From positions 892,477 to 917,965 of the forward strand of contig MU058769.1 of NCBI GenBank assembly GCA_013265495.1: a DNA stretch of 25,489 nt, given 5' to 3'. The notes beneath the pieces are model-generated. The model ran no database searches. It was given only the letters and a program-made list of their open reading frames with translations, and was not told the DNA's origin. A program made the position numbers and the translations under genes. Of the stretch, positions 1 to 9,404 are shown piece after piece. Each line of letters begins with the position of its first letter. Position 1 is the first letter of the stretch. The DNA comes from Vicugna vicugna (Eukaryota).

Positions 1-2397
1 AGATGGGACATGGTGGAGAGCGGGGAGGGCAAGGAGCAATTTATTAGCTTCTTAAGGAGATAAATAAAACATCTGCTCCCCACCCCCACTTTTCTTTTCT
101 TCTTTTTTTTTTTTTTAAAAGAGGTGGGATTTGTTTGTTAAGTGATGAGGGACTCTGAAAGTTGGCCTGCTGGTTGCTGGGTGCCCAAGCAGCCTAGGAA
201 GAAAGCATGTCTTCTCTGGAATGCAGTCAAATTACATGGCGGGAGAGAGAGTCCCATGGCTGTTGGCTTCAGAATTCAGATTCCTCCAGGGATAAGTCTG
301 AAGGACAAACCATACACAAAAAACCCGTAACTCCAAGAAAATTCAACCAACATCAGCAGCTGAGCACTGTCAACAAGCCAGCTGCTTGCTTTCTGCTGTC
401 ATCTATTCTGCTCCCAGCCACCAGCCCTACTGGGTGAAACTTCTAGCTCTGATTTGTAAGTTGCCCCTTCAGCAGTCCCGCTTCCCCTCAGTCCTGGTGT
501 GGTCCCCTGTCCAGGAAGGCACCCTCCTGAGCCCCTAGGAAGAGAGGACCAGAGTGGGGACACTCAGGGCCGCTCTTTCCTCTTTTCATCACAGTGCTCC
601 CTCTGGAATCCTTCCACATCCACATTTGCTCATTTCAGGCTAGCTCTTGGAGTCCTTTCCTGGGATGAGGTTGGGAAGAGAGTGAGAAGAGTCAGGAATG
701 AGGTTATAAGCACAGAAAGCCTATTCTCTTAAGACCTCAGCACAGCTGAGCAGCCAGCAGACAGGTGAAGTTGCAGCTTGGTTCGTGATGCAGCCAGGAG
801 AGCAGGAAGTCAGGGGCTTTTTAAAGGTTTGGGATCTGAGCAGGCAAGGCTTATTTAAAGAAAAGCCAGTGATGCAGGAAGCACACACTACCCTTCCCGG
901 CTATTTCACCAGGAGAATTAGGGAAAGGCTGAAACCACCAGCCAAGCTTCTTCATCTCTAGGCAAGTTGGGGGAGCTCCTTGGGACCACGAACCCCAGAA
1001 ATAAGTGATCTGCTGACTAATGATGCCGAATAGGGACATGTGGGGCTACAGCAAGCCCCAGAGCTGGCCTCCCACCAGGCTCTAGGCCTCAATATGTTCA
1101 ATTACTGAGCACGGGCCTTTCATGCCCAGTTCTAGGGGGGTCGGGGGGAGGGCAGTAACGCTCCGAATTTGGTCCCAAGAGCATGCTCTCCTCAGCCTCA
1201 GGGCCAGGTGGCCCCAGTCCTGGAAGTTCTCCAGGAAAAAAAAAAAAAAAGACGCTAGTCCTTACTCCCCGCGGAAATTCTGTCCGCTATTTTAGACACA
1301 TTCCTCAAGGCCCTAAGAGGAGCATAGGGGAGGGGGACAGAGTTTCGGGGCCTTCACCCGGACCAAACTCAGAGATCCCACCCTCGGGCCCAACCTTCCC
1401 CCCGCCCCCAGGAGAGGCCTCCGCCTCCTCCCGCTCCCGCCCCCAAGCCCACCCCAGAGAGGGCCCGAGACCCTCCTCGTGTCTCCACCTGACCCGCAAG
1501 AAGGCGGGGGCCACGAGCCGCTGCCCACGGAGAACTCGCACTTTTTCGCTGCGCGATTCAGAAACACGCCGGGTCTGATGCCATCCGACGAATTATGTAA
1601 CCAGGGACACCGCTCCCGGGCTAAACAAACGCGGCTCTGTGTGTGCGGCGGCGGCCCCGGGGAAGCGCACCGGGGCAGGGAGGGGCTCCGGCCGGGCCTC
1701 GGGGTCGCGCTCGTTTGCTCAGCGACAGCGGCAGGAGGCGGCCCAGCGAGAGCCCCGCGCGCCGAGGTCCCGGGCCCAGCGCAGGGCCGCGGGCTGGCCA
1801 GGTCGGGTCCGCCAGGGCTCGGCCCCTCCCCCACCGCGGCCGCCCCCGCCTCCGGGCGGTGAACTTGGTCCCAAGTCCCGCCGGACGCCGTCACCGCCCG
1901 CGGCCTGAACGACCTCGGGCTTGGGGGAGCCCCGGGAAGTGATGGACTCCAGTCCCGGCTCCATTCCAGATCAGGACCGCTCGGGACCCCTCTGTCCCCC
2001 TTCCTTCCCCACCCCTCTCCTTGCCGTTGTCCGGCAGCCGCGCGATGTGGTGCGATAAAGTGACGAACCCACCCCCTCAACTCTGGAGGGGACTGAAGCG
2101 ACTCTCACTTCGAGCCCTACCCCTGTGTCTCTCAGCCCGGGGGTGGGGGGTGCAGGACTCGGTGACAGCTGCGCGGATGATGCCCCTCCCCCTCGCGCGC
2201 TGGGAACCCGGGGCCCGCGCAACCCTCACCAGGTCTGAGTGCGGACCGGGACGCAGGGGTGGATGGAGTAGGGGGTCTGGTCGGAATCGCCTGCTCTGAG
2301 CCTCGGGAGGTCAGAAGTCGGAACTCGGGTTCGGGGCTGTGCTAGCCCCCTCCCCGCCCAGGGGCGAAGCAAAGTTTTGGGAAGTTGCTGCCCCTAC
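1..2397 (-). other. CTDSP2: CTDSP2 intron 1 (5' part)
   Basis: Follows the CAAG|GTAGGG donor. I did not see the expected next coding sequence (GLVSKSSPKKPRGR...) in 1-2397. Confidence 0.85.
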
Positions 2398-2461
2398 CTT
2401 GCTTGGTGAGCACCAGGGCGTCTTCCCTCCGCGCCTGGGTGATGATGGAGCCGTGTTCCAT
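2398..2461 (-). CDS. CTDSP2: CTDSP2 (CTD small phosphatase 2 / SCP2) first coding exon, 64 nt; the rest of the gene lies beyond position 1
   Basis: Minus strand reads ATG GAA CAC GGC TCC ATC ATC ACC CAG GCG CGG AGG GAA GAC GCC CTG GTG CTC ACC AAG CAA G|GTAGGG = MEHGSIITQARREDALVLTKQ(G), which I recognise as the mammalian CTDSP2 N-terminus. Canonical GT donor at 2397-2396, phase 1. Too short to appear in the ORF track. Confidence 0.96.
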
Positions 2462-2860
2462 CTAACAATCCCGCGGGCCCGGGCTGGCAGGGCGGGAGGA
2501 CGCGCGGGCGCACAGGCTGGGCTGGGCTGGGGGGCCTGGGCGGGGGCCCGCTCCGGCTCCGGCTCTAGCTCCCGAGACTCCGACTCCTACTGCTGTTCAC
2601 ATCCCTGCTCTTGTTCCCTCCCTGGGCCGGGAAGGGAGGCGGCCTGTACGGTGAGCGGGCGGCCCGGGCAGTGGCTCCCTCGGGTGCCCCCGGACCCGAT
2701 CCCCCGGCGGCAGCTCCGGGCTCCTCAGTTTGGGTCCAACATGGAGAATCCGGAGCGAAAACAAGAGGAGGAAATGGGACACGGGGCGGTTTCCAGGCTC
2801 CCCCCTCCCCTCCGTACTCCAGATAAACAACCCGCGGCTGCAGAGCCCACCCCCGCGCGC
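2462..2860 (-). other. CTDSP2: CTDSP2 5' UTR / TSS region (exact TSS not determinable)
   Basis: GC-rich sequence immediately 5' of the ATG, with an in-frame TAG directly before it (GTTAG-ATG). Inr-like CCATTTC at 2777-2771, YY1-like CCAACATGG at 2736-2744, TATA-like TATAGAG at 2889-2883. Confidence 0.6.
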
Positions 2861-4739
2861 CTCCTGGCTCTGGACCCGGCCTCTCTATAGCCCGCCGGCG
2901 CCTGCCGCCTCGAAGCACCGTCCTAGGCCCTGGGCCCCTCCACCTGTGAGCAGCCCGGGCTGTGGAACATCCGGAGCTTTGCTATTTTGTTACAGAAAAA
3001 GCGAATCCCCGAGGGGGGTGGGGTGGCGGGCGGGCAGGCTGGAGGGGGAGACTTGAAACTGCTCCGGCGCTCCGATTGGCCCTCTCCGAGAAAGGGGGCG
3101 TGGCCTCTCCTTACTATGCGGTGCGAGGACCCAACAACATTCCAGACGCTACGGCCACGCCCCCTGGCCACTCCCCCCTCGCCAGGCTGCGGCCTCCCAG
3201 TCTCCTCGGCCACACCTCCTTCCCAACTACTTAAAAGGACACTCCAAAGCTCACGTTTCTTTACTCCGTGCAGGAGTGTCCCCGTCCGTGCGTCCGTACT
3301 CGGGTAAGGTGGAATGGTTCCGCCCTTCCGTAACCAGGGCAAGCCGCGAAGCCTAACCCAGGTCTGGCCAGGATGAGAGAAAGGGTTTGGGCAGTTGCCT
3401 TACTTCCTGCTTGGCTCTCGAATCGTCGACACACTGTTTCAGATAAGAGTACAACCATCGAAACCTGAAAGAGATGTGTGTGTGTAGAAGGACTCAGGAC
3501 TGCAGAGTATAAGAATTAGAACTGACCTCGGGATGGTCTGATCCCCACAGTTGAAATGAGACATGAAGAGCCAGGCTTTGCTCAAAGCCACTCACTCCCG
3601 TTCAGGGCTTTCCCACTTCTCCTCCTCCCAATCCAGGCCTCCTCCCTCCCCCACAGTCCCAGTCTCAGTTTAGATGCATAGAGGTCTCTAAGGGTAGAGC
3701 TTCCACTCTGTGGACTCTCGCTGCCCTCCCTCCTTGCTTTTAGGCCCCAGGCACCCTCCGCTGACTTTGTCTCCTGGAGTCTCACAAACCTACTGCTCAA
3801 GATTGTAGGTGAGGGATATTCATTTGTTCCCAAGAAGTGGAAGCTCCAGAAAGTCAACTTTCAGCCCAATATCAGGTCTTTTCCAGTGAGCTACAGCTGT
3901 CCACAGGTGACATGGGCTGCCATGGGAGGAAGAGAGTTGTTCAAGTCAAGGCTGGTAAGAGGGATGTACAGTGAGATTGTACTGGGTGACTTATGAGCTG
4001 CTTCCAACCCCAATAGTCTATGATTCAACGGTACTCACCCTGCCAAGGAAGGAACTTTAAGGAAGGTCAGGACTTCTCTGGTCCCTGGGAGGGTCGGGGC
4101 AGCTGACGACCTTCCTGCTATAGTTCCCATTGCCCCACCTGCACCAGGTCTCACTGGGGGTTGGAAGACAAGCAGGTCACAGCTAAACTCTACAGATACT
4201 GTCAAATACCTTCTCCCCATGGGGACAGGTGAGGTGGTGATGTGTATGTGCCTGTGTGCCCTAACAGTGCTCATGTGTACCTGTTCCTTCTGTTCCTACA
4301 TATACATACACAAAACTTTTCATATAACACCACTATAATGGAAATGCAGTTTCTCCAAAATGAAAGTAGCTGTTACAGAAGATCTGAATGATGCTTATGT
4401 AACTTTAAACACTGAGTTTGGGTAGATCCTAATTCATTAACAGAAGGGAAAAGGAAGAGTTTGCACATCTTTACCGTCCATCATTATCTAAAAATCATTA
4501 AAACAAAAGGATTCTTAAGGTTAATCTTCAATAGGCAGGTTGCTAGGGGGCCTTTTGGGCCCTGCCCCCACTCTCTTGCAGGGTAGTTCAGCTGCAGTGG
4601 GAGAAGGAGGAGTGAAGGCAGGAACTGAGGACTGAGGATTGAGGGGTGCCTGCTACTCCCAGCTCTGTAGTGTTGGGCACTTAACCTCTTGACCTGTCTG
4701 CACTTCCATTTTCTCGTCCATAGAGAAAATCCCTCCCCC

Positions 4740-4935
4740 TTTTATAGCTTACAAAGTACTTTCACATACATTTTCTGTCTCATTTGATCTCTTACTGCTT
4801 TGAGGTTGACAGAGCAGATATACCCATTTTGTCGGTGAGGAAACAGGGTCTGGAAAGGTTAACTGACTCACCTAAGGTCTCACAGCTTGTTAAGAAGAGG
4901 AGGCAGGACTAGAAGTTGTCTTTAAACTCTAAGAC
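4740..4935 (-). mobile_element. MIR SINE
   Basis: CCCATTTTGTCGGTGAGGAAACAGGG...AGGTTAACTGACTCACCTAAGGTCTCACAGCT resembles the reverse-strand MIR core. Confidence 0.75.
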
Positions 4936-5029
4936 TTGAATCTGACACCTTACCATAGTTCCTTTCTTATCTATAGGATGGAAGAGATACTAGAACCCAG
5001 TCATTGACTTCTTGCTAAGAACGGCTGAC

Positions 5030-5230
5030 TGCCTCACCTCCTCTGGGAAGCCCTCCCAGATACCCACTCTCACATCAGAGCTTTCTAGCCTCCTACATAC
5101 TCTCTCAGAACACTTAGCATCATGTTTTGCAGACAGTTTGCTTACTGACTTCCCAACCAGAAGATGAATTGAGACTGTATTAAATTCATTTTGAATCTAG
5201 CATAATGCCTAACACAGAGCAGGTAAGCTT
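5030..5230 (+). mobile_element. LINE-2 3' fragment
   Basis: CACCTCCTCTGGGAAGCCCTCCC...TCTAGCATAATGCCTAACACAGAGCAGG resembles the L2 3' end. Confidence 0.6.
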
Positions 5231-5273
5231 TCTTTATCTATTTGCTATACTAGTCTTGACTCTATGTCTTAAC

Positions 5274-5662
5274 CAGTGTTCTGAACGAGGGGTTTGGTGA
5301 CCCACAGCAATAAACAAATTTTGGTAGCATGGGGAAATATATTCAATATCCTGTAATAATCCATAATGGAAAATAATATGAAAAAGAATAGATATATGCA
5401 TATAACTGAATCACTTTACACTAGAAACTAACACATTGCAAATCAACTATACTTCAATTTAAAGGAAAAAAGGAACACGTTTTGTATTGTGAGATGGCTA
5501 AAGCAAGTTTCATGGGACAATACTTATCCTGCTATGTGCATGCATTCTGATGCTTTCTATTTATTGCATCCTATTTCATTTGTTTTAAATGCTGGCCATG
5601 ACTCTCTAAATGGATTTCACGACTCACCACCAGGTTGTGACCCCATCCTTGGAACCATACTG
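5274..5662. mobile_element. Old hAT-Charlie-type DNA transposon relic, interrupted by an L1 fragment
   Basis: Begins CAGTGTT and ends CATACTG with degenerate terminal inverted repeats. Internal AAATGCTGGCCATGACTCTCTAAATGGATTTCACGACTCAC resembles Charlie-family MITEs. Subfamily uncertain. Confidence 0.55.
5324..5473 (+). mobile_element. L1 3' end fragment (artiodactyl-type)
   Basis: TATAACTGAATCACTTTACACTAGAAACTAACACATTGCAAATCAACTATACTTCAATTTAAA plus an A-rich tail. Degenerate TSD AACAAATTTTG (5313-5323) / AACACGTTTTG (5474-5484). Confidence 0.8.
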
Positions 5663-6994
5663 CTTTCATCTCTGCATGCTGTGGACATCTTCTGTGTGAA
5701 GGGCTCCAGCTATCCCTGAAAGACACGCGGGAGATAGCCCTCAAGTACCTCTTGCTCTGATGTCAAAGAAAGGTTCATTTGCAGGGAAACATAGAGAAGC
5801 CCTTCTAAGGCCAGAGGCACAAGGGTGCAAATATAACCCAGGGTGGAGAGGTCAGATGAGAGAAAGGTCCCAGAGAGGCCTGGTGAGGGCCTTTGTGCCT
5901 CCAGAAACTACAAAGGCAGTGGCAGCTTTATTGGAGCCTGGAACACAGACTGGCAGGGCCTGGACTATGATGCCACAGGCCTCTCCCTGCTCTGTCCCCA
6001 GATTACAGATCTCTGCCCCAAAACGCTCTCTGGGGTCATGATGGGCCTCTTTCCTACAATTAAGGGGGTGGGGGAGGTGAAACGGCTAACTTCTGCCTCA
6101 AGCAGCCTGGTAAATAACCTCCTGCCTCCAGGCCCTGGGCCAGCTGCTGGCTGTGTGACTTTGGGTAGGCTCCGTTTAATTACGTTCAAGGGTGGTAGCT
6201 GAGGCCAGGGCTCTCTAGGCCTAACAACTCTCCCAAGAGAAAGCTTATGGACTATCTCTGGTCACCTACCTGTTCCATCCCTTTATCTCAACTTTACCTC
6301 CACCTGAAGGTTGATGAGAGGCAGTTTGGAAACAACACACCTTCTCTCCCCCCACCCCAAGTCAAGTAGTGGGGTAGTGAGGGTGGGGCTCAAAGGAGTG
6401 CCGTCTGTGCCTGTCTCCCATGGTTACTTGGGTTGGACTGGGTGTTTCTGAGCCAAGGTTTGGGAAAGGGAAACGGAGCTGGAGGAGCTTCCTCTACAGG
6501 AGGTGAACACTTGCTTCAGAACCCTGCCCCTTCCCCCACAGAAAATAAATACAGGGTTGAGCCCAAGGAGACCCTTTCATGACCCTCTGATGTCACTGAA
6601 ATTTTCCATTAAATTAAAAACAATTTTTTATTACAAATGGAACACATCCATTTTCTTGCTTTCTCTGATTGTTCCTGCAGAGTCTCAGTTCCGTTTCGCA
6701 TTGTAACTGAGAAGGTGGGGTCTCAGCACCGCGGTTCCAGAGCCCTGTGCCCTCCTGTCACAAGGCTTCTGGGGCAAGGTCCTAGGGGTGAAATGAGGTG
6801 GGTTGAAAAAGACCCAGTGACAGTGACTGAACAGTTGTGGGGACTACCAGATGCCAGGGGGCTGGGGAGGAAGGGAGGAGTTAGTGGCAGTGGCTATAGC
6901 TTCTTCGTAGAGTAGCCCGGGAAGCTCCCTGGGGCTTCAGATTAGAGATGAGGAATTCTGCAGGGTGCAGGCATGTGCATCATCCCAACCCTAG

Positions 6995-7158
6995 TACTTA
7001 GTTATTGGACCTCCTGATTTAGTTTCTTCATCCTAAACTGGGGATAACAATAGTACCTATTCCATAGGTTATTATGAGGATTAAATGAGATAATATGTGA
7101 AGCACTGAGCACCTGAAACACCGGAGATGCTCAATAAATATTACTCTCATTATCATCA
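6995..7158 (+). mobile_element. MIR SINE
   Basis: AGTTTCTTCATCCTAAACTGGGGATAACAATAGTACCTATTCCATAGGTTATTATGAGGATTAAATGAGATAAT matches the MIR core and 3' end. Confidence 0.88.
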
Positions 7159-7171
7159 ACCCTGCCTTCTG

Positions 7172-7890
7172 CACCCATCATCTGCCTGGTTCTCCAAGCC
7201 AGAAACCTGAGGTCACCCAAGACTCTTCCTTCCCACTCATACCCATCCCCAATCCATCCTGAAGCCAAGTGGCTCTTTGCCTCACCAGTATTTGTCAGGC
7301 CTTTTCATTCTTCCGATTCCCACTACTGCTGTCTCAGGGGAGGCTGGCAACAGGCACCTAATCACCTAATCTCTCCTTCTCTAGGGCCCCAATCCAAATC
7401 CATCCCCAGCTCTCCTAGAAGATGCAAATCTGATCCTGTCTATATAGAATGATTCAGCAGTTCCCCATGACTTGCAGGACAAGCTCAGATACCTAGCTCT
7501 GGCTCCTGGTGATTCACCCACCCCATCTCACACACCTTCCCCATATCGCCCGGGCTTCTGTCCTGTGAAAGTAGGCACCTGTGATTCTTTGGCACTGTGT
7601 GTGCTTCCACACTTCTGCACAGGCGGTTCTTTCTGCCTGGATGCCTTTTCCCCAACCCCTGTGTGATGACTCCTCATCCTTTAAAATACAGTTCAAGTGC
7701 CACCTCTTCCTCAGATCCTCCCAGGTCCCAGCCTGACTCAGATGCTCCTCTTTGCTCCTGTATTTTCATTCTCGTTTGCTTGACTGTTCCCACCACGCCA
7801 GTGTAAGCTGCTTGAGGGCAGGCACAATCTGTTTTCCACCACACTCCAGTGCCCTCACAGAGCTTGGCTCACAGTAGGCTCTGTTGGAAG
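7172..7890 (+). mobile_element. LINE-2 3' portion
   Basis: CAAGCCAGAAACCTGAGGTCACCC...ATGCAAATCTGATCCTGTC...TGTAAGCTGCTTGAGGGCAGG...CTTGGCTCACAGTAGGC, typical L2 landmarks in order. Confidence 0.8.
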
Positions 7891-8029
7891 CTAGTCCCCG
7901 CAGGCACTTTCCTTCCTGGGCACTGCTGATCTCCTGGGCCACTGAGCCAGTGAAGCTGGGAGGCAGGATGCCAGCCTCCTAGACACTTTCTCCACCACCC
8001 AGGACAGGGGAGTCCCAGACCTGGAGCAG

Positions 8030-8990
8030 ATCTTCGGCGCCTGCTGGCCACCACAGGTGCAGGAGTGTGGGACTCAGGAGTCCTTCACTTCTCACCCGGG
8101 CTTTGGAAACGAGGCCGAGCCGATTGAGGCTTGGTGGAACAGACGGACACCGTCGCCCAGGCATTTGGAAAGGGAGGGTGGGGTGGACGAACCCGCAGTA
8201 GCGCAGACCCTCGACTTCCCCACCCCATGGTCACTGTGCGAGCCTGTAAGATGAGGACAAATGGATCTATATGGGGCGGGAGCCGCCGAGCCTGGCCGGG
8301 ATTCCGGCCTGCCTCGATCCGGGTTCCTCAGGAGCACAGCCTCTCCCTCCCCCCAGCTAGGCCTGGGCATCCACGTGACCTGCGCCCCCAGGAGCCACTA
8401 ATCGCCTGGCTCCCTCCCTTCTCCTAAATAGGGAAGCGACAGGAGCAGATCGAGTTTCTCGGCCCGTATTTACAGGCTTCCTGGACGAAGCCAAACCGTC
8501 TTCTACCCTCGCTTCCCCCAGCGCGCGCGGCGGGGAAAGGGAAGAAGGGCCCCCTCGGCGCCCCACCCCCAGCCCTCCCGGCCTAGCCCCTCCGGGGGCA
8601 CCGCTGAGGTCGCCGCATTCCAACCCTCTGGCGGCCCTTTGAGGTCACGTGGCGCGCTGGGGGTGGGGCGGCAGGACGCCCCTGCCCCAGGCCGGCGACC
8701 TAGAGGCTTCCAGTCCTGCAGATTCTGGAGCCTTCTCCTCAGACCTCGAGGAGGCCAGCTTCGTTTTGGGAGTGATGCGCCGCAGGGTTTTACCCTTCAG
8801 CGCCTACTGCGTGCTTGGCCCGCACGGAGCACTCGGGCCTCTCCCGTCGCATCCCCCCTGGCCCTCGGGCAGGGCCCGCCATACCGTTCTCACTGGAAGA
8901 CGCCGGCCGGGAGTCGCCAAGGCGTGCCGGCTCGAAGGGCTAGACTCTCTGCAAAATGGACAGGGAGGTGAGAAGACTGGGGAGAGCCAG
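8030..8990. promoter_or_regulatory. Orphan CpG island 2 (promoter/enhancer-like)
   Basis: Local CpG enrichment. GC box GGGGCGGG ~8273-8280, two CACGTG E-boxes (8372-8377, 8646-8651), CArG box CCTAAATAGG 8423-8432. Confidence 0.7.
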
Positions 8991-9404
8991 TCAGCTTCGT
9001 TTATGCCTAGACGGATCCTTGTGAAGCCAAAGTCAAGAGCCAGCCGTGTGCCCTCTGCTTAGCCTGGACCCCAAACCTCTGAGAGCTGTACTTTGGGCGT
9101 GGAGACAAGGCACCAAAAGGGGCTTGATTGCCTTCCGGGCTGGGCAGACAGTCCCTAAGCTGCTCACTCTAGTCTAGTGCAAACTCAGAAAGCCCTGTAC
9201 TGGAGCTGCACTTGGTCACAGGAAGGGGCCTTTGGCTTCTTTGTAGGGTCAAGGCAGGCGTGAGTAGATTGGAAGTTGAGGCACTGGCCACAGCCAACTT
9301 GCCTGGGAAGTATGACCTTGTAGGACAGAGAGAGTGTAGAGGGTAGGATGGAGATGACAGAAAGGAGGCCTATTTTGGATGGAGAGGGAGGTCTACATTA
9401 GAAT

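Larger units (their letters stand above)
1350..3430. promoter_or_regulatory. CpG island / CTDSP2 promoter
   Basis: Very high GC and CpG density spanning exon 1. CCAAT box (ATTGG 3075-3079), SP/KLF boxes (GGGGCGTGGC ~3096-3104, GGCCACGCCCCC ~3152-3163), forkhead motif ATAAACAA 2823-2830. Confidence 0.9.

Noticed and set aside
1..2397. miR-26 hairpin expected in CTDSP-family introns
   Set aside because: I did not see the mature sequence TTCAAGTAATCCAGGATAGG or its complement. The miRNA is known to lie in a later intron, outside this window.
1183..3458. Many overlapping long ORFs (up to 255 aa) over the promoter island
   Set aside because: Pro/Gly/Arg/Ala-rich products in all six frames, often from non-ATG starts, as expected from stop-codon depletion in GC-rich DNA. 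The real exon is the 64-nt CTDSP2 exon.
8036..8052. CTCF-like GGCGCCTGCTGGCCA (and CCCTCTGGCGG near 8624)
   Set aside because: Each departs from the core consensus in spacing or at key positions, so it cannot be supported without a PWM scan or ChIP data.
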